DNA from: Candidatus Poribacteria bacterium
GTDB lineage: Bacteria; Poribacteria; WGA-4E; WGA-3G
Assembly: GCA_965198235.1 (NCBI GenBank)
Contig: OZ240248.1
Span: forward strand, 2,592,001 to 2,656,000
Length of the DNA: 64,000 bases
Direction: 5' to 3'
Part shown: positions 19,799-29,885 of the stretch, one piece after another
How positions within the stretch are numbered: position 1 is the first letter of the stretch
Layout: each line of letters begins with the position of its first letter
The notes under the pieces: model-generated
The model's database searches: none
Told to the model about the DNA's origin: nothing
The model's input: only the letters and a program-made list of their open reading frames with translations
Program-made: the position numbers and the translations under genes

Positions 19799-19904
19799 AG
19801 TGAACCTTAGAAGGGTGGAAGGATAGGAACAGTCGGAGAATGGAAGGGTGAATTTGATTTACAAATCTTCCATTCTCCAGAGGTGTGATTACGAACCGGG
19901 CGGC

Positions 19905-20231
19905 TTATAGGGCATCTAAGATTTTTTTCTTCAGTGCATCTTTGGGCATCGCGCCGACAATCTGCCCCGCAACTTTGCCGTCTTTGAACACGAGCAGCGT
20001 TGGGATGCTCCGAACGCCGTACTGCATCGCCGTCTGACGGTTGTCATCAACGTTTACTTTTCCAACTTTAAATGTCTCAGAGTTCTCACCGGCGAGTTCC
20101 TCTAACACTGGCGCAATCATTTTGCAAGGACCGCACCACTCTGCCCAAAAGTCGACAACAACGGGTGTGTCTGATGTAAGTACCATTCCTTCAAACGTGT
20201 CGTCACTAATTTCAAACGTGTTTCCAGCCAT
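19905..20231 (-). CDS. trxA: Thioredoxin
   Basis: WAEWCGPC; GGAG upstream of ATG at 20231. Confidence 0.96.
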   Translation of the reverse strand: MAGNTFEISDDTFEGMVLTSDTPVVVDFWAEWCGPCKMIAPVLEELAGENSETFKVGKVNVDDNRQTAMQYGVRSIPTLLVFKDGKVAGQIVGAMPKDALKKKILDAL

Positions 20232-20492
20232 GATAGCTCCTTTTTTTTGAGAGTCTGGTAGGCGAAATGCCACCGTGTAATATTGTGCTTACGTAATTCC
20301 TCTTATAAGTGCATTGGGGCATTAATATGATACCCCATTCTGAGAAAAATTGCCAATCAATTTTTCGTGTTAACTATAAATCAATTTTAATAAAAAAGTG
20401 ATAAATGCGGTTTGCAACCACATCAGGTCTGACATGATGGGCTACCGGTGGCAAAATCAAAATATGCTTTTATCGGATTTCCAATAACCGAC

Positions 20493-20622
20493 AGGACTTA
20501 CGCAAATTGCGTAAAGAAGCAGTATATTTCACCCAAAAATGCCTTGCAGTGAGGGTATTTCAGTTATTTAACCCCCTAAATCCCCTTATCAGGGGGACTT
20601 CAAGAGGAAGCGCGTAAGTCCT
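20493..20622 (+). mobile_element. MITE-like element, family C (130 bp)
   Basis: Terminal IR AGGACTTACGC/GCGTAAGTCCT; internal CCCCCTAAATCCCCTTATCAGGGGG; inverted homolog at 41412-41542. Confidence 0.8.
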
Positions 20623-20783
20623 AACCAATATAAAAGACCGAAACCTAATTATTATTCGCTTGTTTTTTTCTTGATAAAAAATGTGAGATATAATATACTG
20701 GAAGAAATTGAGAGATAACGAATTTTCCAACCAACGCGATGAACATAACGTTAATCCGAACTCACAATTGAAGGAGGTCCCGC

Positions 20784-21419
20784 ATGCCTGATAAGGATAA
20801 AAAACAGGGGACGAACATTTCGCGCCGAAACTTCTTGAAAGGCGTAGGTACAGGTACCGTTGCTGCAACTGTCGCACCGAGCGTCCTGATCGGCAGTGAG
20901 AAAGCCGCCGATGCCCAAATGGGCGACGCTATCGCTAATGCGACAATCCAACTCAATATCAACGGTAAATCGTATCAGGTCGAGGTCGAAGCGCGAACAA
21001 CGCTTTTAACCGTTTTGCGTGATGGAATTGATACAAGTGGGAGCAACATCGACTTAACCGGTGCTAAACTAATTTGTGATCGTGGTGAATGTGGTGGCTG
21101 TACCGTCATGGTAGATGGGAAGCCGGTCTACGCTTGCATGATGCTCGCAATTGATGCACAGGACAAGCAGATAACAACCGTTGAGGGATTAGCAGACGGC
21201 GACGATTTGCACCCTGTTCAGGAAGCATTCATCCAACACGACGCGATGATGTGCGGATTCTGCACACCCGGTTTCATCGTCTCATCCGCAGCACTGTTGA
21301 ACGAAAACTCTAAACCGACACTCGAAGAAATTAAAGACGGTTTGTCTGGTAACACGTGTCGCTGCGGAACCTATCCATTCATCTTTGATGCTATCAAAAC
21401 CGCATCACGGAAGATGTGA
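20784..21419 (+). CDS. Tat-exported 2Fe-2S subunit of xanthine-dehydrogenase-family oxidoreductase (PaoA-like)
   Basis: SRRNFLK Tat motif; CDRGECGGC, CGFCTPG, CRC. Confidence 0.92.
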   Translation: MPDKDKKQGTNISRRNFLKGVGTGTVAATVAPSVLIGSEKAADAQMGDAIANATIQLNINGKSYQVEVEARTTLLTVLRDGIDTSGSNIDLTGAKLICDRGECGGCTVMVDGKPVYACMMLAIDAQDKQITTVEGLADGDDLHPVQEAFIQHDAMMCGFCTPGFIVSSAALLNENSKPTLEEIKDGLSGNTCRCGTYPFIFDAIKTASRKM

Positions 21420-21496
21420 TTTGAAAGCAAGGTTTGACTTGCGAGACGCAAGAGTCCACTGCTCCAATGGGGCAGTTGACTATAGGAGGAAAACGC

Positions 21497-23617
21497 ATGG
21501 CATCATGGGGAGAAGCAAGTGAATCTCGCCTCATCGGAAAACGGGTAACCCGTTTGTCCGGTAAGGATAAAGTCACTGGAAAAGCGAAGTATACTTTTGA
21601 TATTAATGAACCGGGGATGCTGTACGGACGCATCTTGCGTTCTGAAACCGCACACGCAACCGTTATGGGCATTGACCTGAGTGAAGCAGAGGCATTACCC
21701 GGGGTCCAGGCAGCTATTCCGCTCATTGAGGTTGGCAATAAACTCCGGTACCAAGGGCAGGAAATTGCTGCTGTTGCCGCTGAAACCGATGACATCGCTA
21801 AGGACGCAATTCGGCTCATTCGTGTCGACTTGGAGGAATTACCCCACGTCGTCACGGAAGCGGACGCGATGGCAGAAGGCGCGCCGCAAATCCGAGAGGA
21901 TTGGGCGGACAATCAGAGCGAACCGAATGTCAGGGAAGATGGCGACATCAATGCAGGATTTGCTGAAGCCGCTGTTGAGGTCGAGGCTACCTATCATACG
22001 CCTGTTCAGACGCACGTTTGCTTGGAAACACATGGACACGTCGCAAAATGGGAAGATGAACAAAATCTTACCGTTTGGGCGTCTACACAAGGTGTTTTTG
22101 GGGTTCGCAACGATTTCGCGCAGCGCTTTGAATTGCCTGCAAACCAGGTCAGGGTCATTACAGAGCACATGGGTGGCGGATTTGGGAGCAAATTCGGACC
22201 CGGCATAGAAGGCCGCACCGCGGTTGAATTGTCACGTATCACTGGCAAAGCAGTGAAGTTAATGCTGACCCGGAAAGCCGAGCATCTTGTTGCTGGCAAT
22301 AGACCCTCAATGACACAGCAGGTCCGCGCTGGCGCGACACGCGACGGGCGACTTATCGCTTACGATATGAAGGGCTATGGCACAGGGGGTATCTCCAGTG
22401 GAGCAGGTTTCACGGGACCTTACGTCTACCACGTACCGAACAGTCGGGCGGAACGGGTTAACGTGGCTACCAACGCCGGCAATCAACGCGCGATGCGCGC
22501 CCCTGGACACCCGCAAGGTGCATTCGCGATGGACTCTCTGATGGATGAACTTGCCGAAAAACTCGGTATGAACCCATTGGAGTTTCGTCGTATCAATGAC
22601 CCGAATGAAGTGCGTCAGGCACAATACACCCTTGGTGCGCAAGAGATAGGCTGGCACCGCCGTAACAGCGTACCAGGCTCCGGCACAGACGTGAAAAAGC
22701 GCGGCATGGGACTTGGCAGCGGACAATGGGGTGGCGGTGGTGGTGGCGGCACAGAAGCGCGCGTTACCATCAATGCAGACGGCACTGTTGAAGCTGTCAC
22801 GGGAACACAGGACATTGGAACCGGTGTCCGCACAGTTATTGCGATGATTGTTGCCGAAGAATTCGGTCTTGAGACTACCGATATCCATGTGAAGGTTGGC
22901 GATAGCGGGCCCGGATTACCCTCTGGCGGCAGTGGGGGTAGTCAAACAACTCCGTCAGTCGCTCCTGTCATCAAAACCGCAGCAGCGGCGGCGAAACAGA
23001 AATTATTTGAACGCATCGCGCCACTGCTTGAGGCACCCATTGGTGATCTCCGTGTCGGCACCGGCACTATCTATGCCGTCTCTGATAGGACAAAGACCAT
23101 TACGTGGAAACAGGCAACCGGGCAACTCGGCATGGAGAGCATTAGCGAAGGCGGAACTTGGGATGAAGACCTCCGTCAAGGGGGTGCCGCAGGTGCCCAG
23201 TTCGCTGAAGTTGAAATTGATACGCAGACCGGAGCTATCAGGGTTATCAAAATTGTCGCCGTTCAGGATTGTGGATTGGCGATTAACAGGTTGACGACGG
23301 AAAGCCAGATTAATGGCGGTGTTATCATGGGGTTGGGTCAGGCACTGCTTGAAGAGCGGTTCATGGACGCGCAGACGGGTCGAATGCTCAACGCCAACCT
23401 TGAGGACTACAAGGTTCCTGGGACTTTCGAGATCCCTGAAATTAAATCCATTGTTTTTGATACGCACCGCAAGGTTACAGGGGTCGGTGAACCGCCGTGT
23501 ATTCCGACGCCTGGGGCTATCGCGAATGCCGTTTACAATGCGATTGGCGTTCGGGTTCGGTCGCTACCGATAACACCTGATAAGATCCTTGACGCACTCG
23601 CCGAAAAGCAGGCATAA
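21497..23617 (+). CDS. Molybdopterin-binding subunit (PaoC-like)
   Basis: SD AGGAGG; KVTGKAKY, MGGGFGSK, AMRAPG, QDIGTG, GVGEP. Confidence 0.93.
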   Translation: MASWGEASESRLIGKRVTRLSGKDKVTGKAKYTFDINEPGMLYGRILRSETAHATVMGIDLSEAEALPGVQAAIPLIEVGNKLRYQGQEIAAVAAETDDIAKDAIRLIRVDLEELPHVVTEADAMAEGAPQIREDWADNQSEPNVREDGDINAGFAEAAVEVEATYHTPVQTHVCLETHGHVAKWEDEQNLTVWASTQGVFGVRNDFAQRFELPANQVRVITEHMGGGFGSKFGPGIEGRTAVELSRITGKAVKLMLTRKAEHLVAGNRPSMTQQVRAGATRDGRLIAYDMKGYGTGGISSGAGFTGPYVYHVPNSRAERVNVATNAGNQRAMRAPGHPQGAFAMDSLMDELAEKLGMNPLEFRRINDPNEVRQAQYTLGAQEIGWHRRNSVPGSGTDVKKRGMGLGSGQWGGGGGGGTEARVTINADGTVEAVTGTQDIGTGVRTVIAMIVAEEFGLETTDIHVKVGDSGPGLPSGGSGGSQTTPSVAPVIKTAAAAAKQKLFERIAPLLEAPIGDLRVGTGTIYAVSDRTKTITWKQATGQLGMESISEGGTWDEDLRQGGAAGAQFAEVEIDTQTGAIRVIKIVAVQDCGLAINRLTTESQINGGVIMGLGQALLEERFMDAQTGRMLNANLEDYKVPGTFEIPEIKSIVFDTHRKVTGVGEPPCIPTPGAIANAVYNAIGVRVRSLPITPDKILDALAEKQA

Positions 23618-23649
23618 GGAAGAAAGATGTTCTTCGCAACATCAAAAAC

Positions 23650-23739
23650 CTAAGCCTGTAATGAAATGGAAGGCGAATCTACGGAAAGGCACTTCATTCA
23701 TTCAACTTACCTAACCGAACCGCAAGGAAAATTAGAAAG
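23650..23739 (+). repeat. Family A element, copy 4, inside the oxidoreductase operon
   Basis: GCCT..AGGC hairpin at 23654, AACCGCAAGG at 23718, ATG at 23740. Confidence 0.8.
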
Positions 23740-24720
23740 ATGGAAAAATTCAGTTACGTTAACGCTACCAGTCTGGAGCAGGTCACGTCACTCCTGAGTG
23801 AAAGCGGTTGGGGCGAAGTCATGCTTATCGCCGGTGGCACGGATCTGCTTGCGGAACTCAAAGAGTACATTGAGACCCCCAAGACGCTGGTTAATCTCAA
23901 GACGTTACCCGGCATGGATAGTATTGAAGCTGATGCATCGGGCTTAAAGATCGGGGCATTAGCCACTGTCGCTGACATCGCTATGCATCCGACTATCCAG
24001 CATCACTATACCGTTCTGGCGCAAGCCGCCGGTTCTGTCGCGACACCACAGATCCGAAACGTCGGGACACTCGGCGGAAATCTCTGCCAGCGTCCGCGGT
24101 GTTGGTACTACCGGGATGAAGCCACCAATTGCCTGAAAAAGGGTGGAGACATCTGTTATGCGGTTGATGGTTTGAGCAAATATCATGCGATCCTCGGTGG
24201 TGATCCTGTCTACATTGTGCATCCTTCAGACCTCGCGCCAGCATTGATTGCCTTGGGTGCCTCGATCAAAATCGTCGGACCTGAGGGCGAGAAAGCTATG
24301 TCGCTTGAGGAATTCTTTACATTACCGGCTGCAGATCCGTACCGTGAGAACGTGTTGGAACCCAATGAAATTGTCGTTGAGGTCAGTGTCCCGGCACCGA
24401 AGCCGAATACGAAGAGTTTCTATTTAAAGGCGCGTGAGAAGGGTGCCCCTGACTTCGCGTTATCAAGCGTTGCTGGCGTTTTTGAGATGGATGGGAAGAC
24501 CTGTAAAACCGCCAGTATCGTTCTCGGCGGTGTCGCGCCCGCGCCTTGGCGTTCTAAAGAGGCAGAAGCGGCAGTCACGGGCAAGATGATCGACGAATCG
24601 GTAAGTCAGCAGGCTGGTGCCGATGCTGTCAAGGACGCACAACCCTTGAACGACAATATGTATAAGGTAACCTTAACACAGAATCTCGTCAGCCGCGCCG
24701 CGATGATGGCTGCAAGCTAA
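23740..24720 (+). CDS. FAD-binding subunit with Fe-S motif (PaoB-like)
   Basis: AGGTDL, QIRNVGTLGGNLCQRPRCWYYR..C....C. Confidence 0.93.
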   Translation: MEKFSYVNATSLEQVTSLLSESGWGEVMLIAGGTDLLAELKEYIETPKTLVNLKTLPGMDSIEADASGLKIGALATVADIAMHPTIQHHYTVLAQAAGSVATPQIRNVGTLGGNLCQRPRCWYYRDEATNCLKKGGDICYAVDGLSKYHAILGGDPVYIVHPSDLAPALIALGASIKIVGPEGEKAMSLEEFFTLPAADPYRENVLEPNEIVVEVSVPAPKPNTKSFYLKAREKGAPDFALSSVAGVFEMDGKTCKTASIVLGGVAPAPWRSKEAEAAVTGKMIDESVSQQAGADAVKDAQPLNDNMYKVTLTQNLVSRAAMMAAS

Positions 24721-24732
24721 AGGAGCACTGAT

Positions 24733-24972
24733 ATGTTACAAGAAAAAGCCCTTCCAATCTTTAATCGCCCGATATGTCAGTATCTTCGGACGAAGGCGAT
24801 TTACATTCCGGGCGGCAACTTGCAGAACCTCGTTGAAAACAACCCCGGTTCGCACTATTGGTGCAATTGCACTATGCAAGTCGTAGGACCCGATGACGAA
24901 TTTGTGTCGCCAGACGCTTGTAAGCAGTCGCGCCCCTGTTTTAACCCTGTTGGTGGTAAGCCGGTGGTGTAA
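24733..24972 (+). CDS. Small Cys-rich hypothetical protein
   Basis: SD AAGGAG; CQYLRTK, YWCNCT, GPD, C..RPCF. Confidence 0.7.
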   Translation: MLQEKALPIFNRPICQYLRTKAIYIPGGNLQNLVENNPGSHYWCNCTMQVVGPDDEFVSPDACKQSRPCFNPVGGKPVV

Positions 24973-25009
24973 CATCGCAACGGCTGGAACACACGGAGAC
25001 AGAAAATCG

Positions 25010-25046
25010 AGAAGGGCAGTCGGCATACGAAACCGGCTGCCCTTCT
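25010..25046 (+). terminator. Hairpin after the operon
   Basis: AGAAGGGCAGTCGG / CCGGCTGCCCTTCT inverted repeat; no clear U-tract. Confidence 0.5.
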
Positions 25047-25086
25047 GCCATAGTGTCTGTATGTTTTTTAAGGTGAGTTTGATCTT

Positions 25087-25349
25087 CTGCTCCGTAGGAG
25101 CAGTATGTCTATAGCATTGATATTTCCGCTCCAGAGAAGCGGTATGTTATTTCTTACGCAGTTTACCCGTTTTCGTACAGTCTTTGGTTTGTAGTTGCGC
25201 AATTCATTGCGCTTTCTTGGGTAATATCCTCCCAGTGTGGGCACGGACTCCAAATTTGCGTAAGTCCTGTTCATCTTACATAGCACTCCTCTGGAGTGCG
25301 AGCGCATGAACATCCGGTTTTCTATAGACATAACACTCCTCTGGAGTGC
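25087..25349. repeat. Composite repeat cluster (family B hairpin units around a family C-like end and a REP)
   Basis: Hairpin+TATGTCTATAG at 25087, inverted units at 25279 and 25321, GCGTAAGTCCT at 25258-25268, REP at 25191. Confidence 0.7.
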
Positions 25350-25514
25350 CGAAACGCAACTGTAAGCAAACCTACGATAGACGTGATATATCGTGTTAGA
25401 TTTCTTTAAATCCTTAAGTCGAACTCACATTTTTAGTTTCTGTGTTGTTGAAATGCATCGAAAACCCGATTTTGACATCGGAAAAATCGGCGCGAAAACT
25501 CAATAATTAAAAAG

Positions 25515-25973
25515 ATGTTGCTGAAATCGTTGATGCAGTGGATACATGTCGGATCCGTCGTTCTGATGATAGGAGGATTCTTTTTTTTTCGTGTTGTTTT
25601 TCTCCCGATTGCCAACCGGCACTCTGAGTCGGAATCTTTGGTTTCATCCGCCCTGCGACGTTTCGGTGGTGTTGTCTGGACAGCATTGTTAACCGTCCTC
25701 ATATCGGGATTGTATAATTTTATCACTTTTTTTCGCACTGCACGTTCCGTTGCCGCTACTGGAACGTTTATATCAGATTACTCACTCTACATCCTCGTCT
25801 TGGGTGTCAAACTTTTTATCGTCTTTTTAATATTTACATTAGCAATTATTCTGACGTTCCCATATCCCGTCTTTGATGTATTTCAGAAGAAACCAGCACC
25901 GTGGCTCAATCTCACTGTAATTTTAGGATTGATAGTTATTTTTCTCTCTGCTTTTTTACGTCGGTTGGGGTAG
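25515..25973 (+). CDS. CopD-like four-TM membrane protein
   Basis: WIHVGS..IGG, LISGLYN, LGVKL. Confidence 0.7.
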   Translation: MLLKSLMQWIHVGSVVLMIGGFFFFRVVFLPIANRHSESESLVSSALRRFGGVVWTALLTVLISGLYNFITFFRTARSVAATGTFISDYSLYILVLGVKLFIVFLIFTLAIILTFPYPVFDVFQKKPAPWLNLTVILGLIVIFLSAFLRRLG

Positions 25974-26035
25974 ACCCGCTGGAATTCTGATTCCCCGACT
26001 GAGTCCTTTCCGTACAATACAATTGGAGGAAAAAA

Positions 26036-26854
26036 ATGGCTGTTTTGAGTTCTGAAGATCGCGCTTTCTGGGAGGAAAACGGTTATGTCGTTATACACGA
26101 TGCAGCACCCCCAGAATTAATACAGAATACGGCACAAGCTGTCTGGAATTTCCTTGATATGGATGTCGACGATCCAGACACTTGGTATCCCGACCCCCCT
26201 CGTAAAAGCATCATGGTAGAGATCTATCAGCACCCGGATCTGTGGGCAACTCGCCAATACCCGCGTGTCCATCAAGCGTTCTCAGAGATTTGGGGGACTG
26301 AGAAGTTATGGGTAAGTTTTGACCGTGCGAGCATGAGTCCACCCAATCTTCCCGGGAAATTTGAACGGACAAACTTAGGACTCCACTGGGATGCATCTGT
26401 GGACATCCCTTTCCGGTTCCACGTCCAAGGTGTGCTTTATCTTACCGATACCGCTGCCGATCAAGGGGCGTTTACTTGTGTTCCTGGGTTCCACAATAAG
26501 ATTGACGGGTGGATAGAGAGTCTTCCATCGGATGCCGATCCGAGGCAACAGGATTTAGTGGCACTCGGCGCAGTTTCAGTCCCAGGCAAAGCCGGAGATC
26601 TCGTCATTTGGCACAGTGCGTTACCTCATAGTGCGGGTATCAATACTGCCGATGCACCACGCGTCGCCCAATACATTACTATGTCCCCGACAGGAGAAGC
26701 GAATCCGGAGGCACGCGAACGCCGCATCAACGCATGGGAAGAACGTATGGCGGGTTTTAGTGGCGAACGCCCAGAAAAGGAGCATAAATTAGGCGAGACC
26801 GCATATCTGACTGAGCTCGGCAAAAAACTACTCGGGCTTGAGACGTGGGGATGA
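26036..26854 (+). CDS. Phytanoyl-CoA dioxygenase family protein
   Basis: FWEENGYVVI, HWD, AGDLVIWHSALPH. Confidence 0.9.
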   Translation: MAVLSSEDRAFWEENGYVVIHDAAPPELIQNTAQAVWNFLDMDVDDPDTWYPDPPRKSIMVEIYQHPDLWATRQYPRVHQAFSEIWGTEKLWVSFDRASMSPPNLPGKFERTNLGLHWDASVDIPFRFHVQGVLYLTDTAADQGAFTCVPGFHNKIDGWIESLPSDADPRQQDLVALGAVSVPGKAGDLVIWHSALPHSAGINTADAPRVAQYITMSPTGEANPEARERRINAWEERMAGFSGERPEKEHKLGETAYLTELGKKLLGLETWG

Positions 26855-27726
26855 ACCCGCAACTCAACTATCTTGTCCGCAGCTACCTCCGGTGGTGTCC
26901 AATCACTGATGGGAAACGTTTGCTCTTGAACCTAACGAGGGATTGGATTACACCTGAGGACCCAGTTGCTATTTTTGATAGCAAGTACCAGTTCCAATTG
27001 AAAGCCAACTTAGCGAATCCTGAGCACCAGTACCTCTATTTTTACGGCACGCATGATGAGAGGCAGGTCGTTACCAAACTCCTGAAGATTATTCAGCCGG
27101 GAGATATCTGTTGGGACATCGGGGCGAACATCGGATTTTATACGTGCTTCCTCGCCTCACGGGTTGAAGATGCTGGTGCCGTCGTCGCGTTTGAACCTGC
27201 CTTACGCACTTGTGGCTATCTTCGTGAGAATGTCTCTCTGAATCAATTCGCGAATGTTACTGTTGTCAATAAGGGACTCAGCGACAGGGTAGAACAACGG
27301 TATCTCTATTACTCCGAGGCAGGACTTGCGGAAGGCACAGCTTCCTTAAAGTATGCCAACGGGCGAGCGGCATCGGAACGCGTAACGCTTGACACGATTG
27401 ACAATCTCATCCGTGAACTCCCGGTTCCAGATTTCATCAAGATTGATGTGGAAGGGTATCAATTAGAGGTGTTACGCGGCGGTGAGCACTGCTTAAAAAC
27501 GCACGCTCCTCTCTTAATGGCGGAGTTAAAAGATGTTGGTGAAACTAATCGTGCCTTGTTCGGAGAAATAGAGAATTACGTTTCAGATTTAGGGTATCAA
27601 CTTTATGAGATCAAGAAATATTCTATCCGGCGATGTAAGAAACTTTCTGACTCACCGAAAAGAAATTTCTTCCTCGTCAAAGAGCATTCCCGTGCCTTTT
27701 CCAGAATCTTACCGTGGCTCAGGTAA
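26851..27726 (+). CDS. FkbM family methyltransferase
   Basis: DIGANIG, AFEP, IKIDVEG. Confidence 0.9.
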   Translation: MNPQLNYLVRSYLRWCPITDGKRLLLNLTRDWITPEDPVAIFDSKYQFQLKANLANPEHQYLYFYGTHDERQVVTKLLKIIQPGDICWDIGANIGFYTCFLASRVEDAGAVVAFEPALRTCGYLRENVSLNQFANVTVVNKGLSDRVEQRYLYYSEAGLAEGTASLKYANGRAASERVTLDTIDNLIRELPVPDFIKIDVEGYQLEVLRGGEHCLKTHAPLLMAELKDVGETNRALFGEIENYVSDLGYQLYEIKKYSIRRCKKLSDSPKRNFFLVKEHSRAFSRILPWLR

Positions 27727-27784
27727 GCAAAGCCTTTTGTGTGTGCCACGATGACATTTTGGAAATGATACACGCCTGCGCGCC

Positions 27785-28792
27785 CTAACCTTGTGTGAAC
27801 CGTCCCAGCACTGGGTACGCCGGATCGTTATACCCTTTGCCGGTGTGTTCTCCGGGTGGAACCAATTCGTTAATAGTTGCCTCGTCGGCTTCCGTTAGCG
27901 TGCAGTCTAAGCATCCCAAGTTATCCTCTAATTGTTTCATTGTGCGCGGTCCGATGATAACAGAGGTAATTGTCGGATTTGCCAGTACCCACGCCAATGA
28001 AAATTGCGTCAGCGTTTTACCGTGCGCATCTGCCAGAGGCTTCAGTTCTTGCGCGACTTCATAGCTTTCCTCGCGGAGTTCCGTCTGCAAAATTCGCCTA
28101 TCCTTACGTGCTGCCCTTGAGCCCGCGGGGGGTTTTTTGCCGGTCAAATACTTCCCAGACAGCACACCTCGCGCCAATGGGCTATACGGCACAACGCCGA
28201 CACCGTATTTCTCACAGAACGGCAATAACTCTACCTCGGGATCTCGGTTAACAATGTTATAGAGAGGTTGGACGCATACAAATTCCTCCAGTCCTTGTTT
28301 TTCGCTTGTCCAGAGTGCTTCGCAAATACGCCACGCCTGAAAGTTAGAACACGCAATGTAGCGCACCTTTCCCTGTCGCACGCAATCGTCCAGAGCCCGT
28401 AACGATTCCGCAATTCGCGTGGAGGCATCCCAACGGTGCAAGTAATAGACATCGATGTGATCTGTGTCAAGACGTTTCAGGCTCGCTTCAACTGCCGACA
28501 TGATATGGAATCGGTGTGAACCTGCTGCATTCACATCTTCTCCCATCCCACCGTGTACCTTTGTAGCAATAACCCAGTTCTCTCGGTTTTCGCGAACAGC
28601 TTTCCCAATTATTCGTTCTGATTCACCGTCGTTGTAGACATTCGCGGTGTCCATAAAATTAATGCCAGCGTCTAATGCTTTGTGGATAATCCGAATTGAA
28701 TCCTTTTCGTTCGTCGGTCCACCGAACATCATTGTACCGAGACAGAGCGGTGAGACTTTTACGCCTGCTCGCCCAAGTGCTTTATAGTCCAT
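27785..28792 (-). CDS. Aldo/keto reductase
   Basis: LCLGTMMFG, DTANVY, SLKRL..D, YSPLARG. Confidence 0.93.
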   Translation of the reverse strand: MDYKALGRAGVKVSPLCLGTMMFGGPTNEKDSIRIIHKALDAGINFMDTANVYNDGESERIIGKAVRENRENWVIATKVHGGMGEDVNAAGSHRFHIMSAVEASLKRLDTDHIDVYYLHRWDASTRIAESLRALDDCVRQGKVRYIACSNFQAWRICEALWTSEKQGLEEFVCVQPLYNIVNRDPEVELLPFCEKYGVGVVPYSPLARGVLSGKYLTGKKPPAGSRAARKDRRILQTELREESYEVAQELKPLADAHGKTLTQFSLAWVLANPTITSVIIGPRTMKQLEDNLGCLDCTLTEADEATINELVPPGEHTGKGYNDPAYPVLGRFTQG

Positions 28793-28816
28793 ATGTTTTC
28801 TCCTTCATAGTTATTT

Positions 28817-29548
28817 TTATGCCATCCGTATCCCACCGTTAACATCAAGTGTTGCCCCGGTTACATAGCGTCCCTCTTCCGAGGCGAGAAAGAGGATGGC
28901 ACTCGCGATCTCCGAGGCATCGGCGACGCGCCCTAATGGAATCTGATCTGTCATGTCGGGATGATTCTTTGCCATCTCTGTTGCCGCTACTCCCGGTGCG
29001 ATAGAATTCACCGTAATTCCGTACTCTCCAAGCACACGTGCCAACGATTTCGTCAGACACATGACACCCGCCTTTGAGGCAGAATACGGGGCAGATGCGA
29101 CCAAGCCCCCAACCTGTCCCGCCAACGAACCGAGGTTGATGATCCGTCCGGAGCGTTGTGTTTTCATCGTCTCCATTACCGCTTGTGAGCAGAGGAAGGG
29201 ACCCTTGAGGTTCACAGCCATCATCCGATCCCATTCTGCTTCTGTGCACGCATCAATGCGCGTATAACTAAAAATACCAGCATTGTTGACTAAAATATCG
29301 ATCCGTCCGAACGTGTCGAGTGTTTCCTGAACCATCTTACGCACGGAGTCGCCATCCGCTACATCCGTTTCAATCACTCGACACTGCCTACCGAGCGCAG
29401 TTATTTCTGCTGAAGCCGCTTCCGCATTCGCTAAATTCACTTCTGGGATTACAATATCCGCACCTTCTTTGGCGAACGCGAGACACGTTGCTTTCCCAAT
29501 ACCTCCGCCACCACCTGTAACAATCGCAACCTGTCCTTCTAAACGCAT
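28817..29548 (-). CDS. SDR family oxidoreductase
   Basis: TGGGGGIG, NNAG, YSASK. Confidence 0.93.
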   Translation of the reverse strand: MRLEGQVAIVTGGGGGIGKATCLAFAKEGADIVIPEVNLANAEAASAEITALGRQCRVIETDVADGDSVRKMVQETLDTFGRIDILVNNAGIFSYTRIDACTEAEWDRMMAVNLKGPFLCSQAVMETMKTQRSGRIINLGSLAGQVGGLVASAPYSASKAGVMCLTKSLARVLGEYGITVNSIAPGVAATEMAKNHPDMTDQIPLGRVADASEIASAILFLASEEGRYVTGATLDVNGGIRMA

Positions 29549-29772
29549 CTATGTTCTCCTTTTACTATTTTAGTGGCACGCAGTCAAGTCAGTCCTGCGC
29601 TCTTTTCTTTACTTGCAAAATTGTAATAGATATAGTAATATACTTCTATTATCACACGAAGCTTGGAAAAAGTCAACAGGATAGGTTGCGTTGAAATTGG
29701 CATTTATTGTAATTATTATACCTATATTTTGGGAACGAGCGGTCTGTCTACCTTTGAATTGTAGGTGGATTC

Positions 29773-29800
29773 GTTTGTAGTAGTGCGATTCATCGCACGT
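29773..29800 (+). repeat. GTAG-type REP-like palindrome
   Basis: GTTTGTAGTAGTGCGATTCATCGCACGT, related to 25187, 42211 and 43850. Confidence 0.65.
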
Positions 29801-29885
29801 CGTCATATCAAATGAATTGATCAACTCCAAACAAACCCCAATTTTAGACTGGACAGACTACGAGTGGCATAAGGAGGATTAAAGT

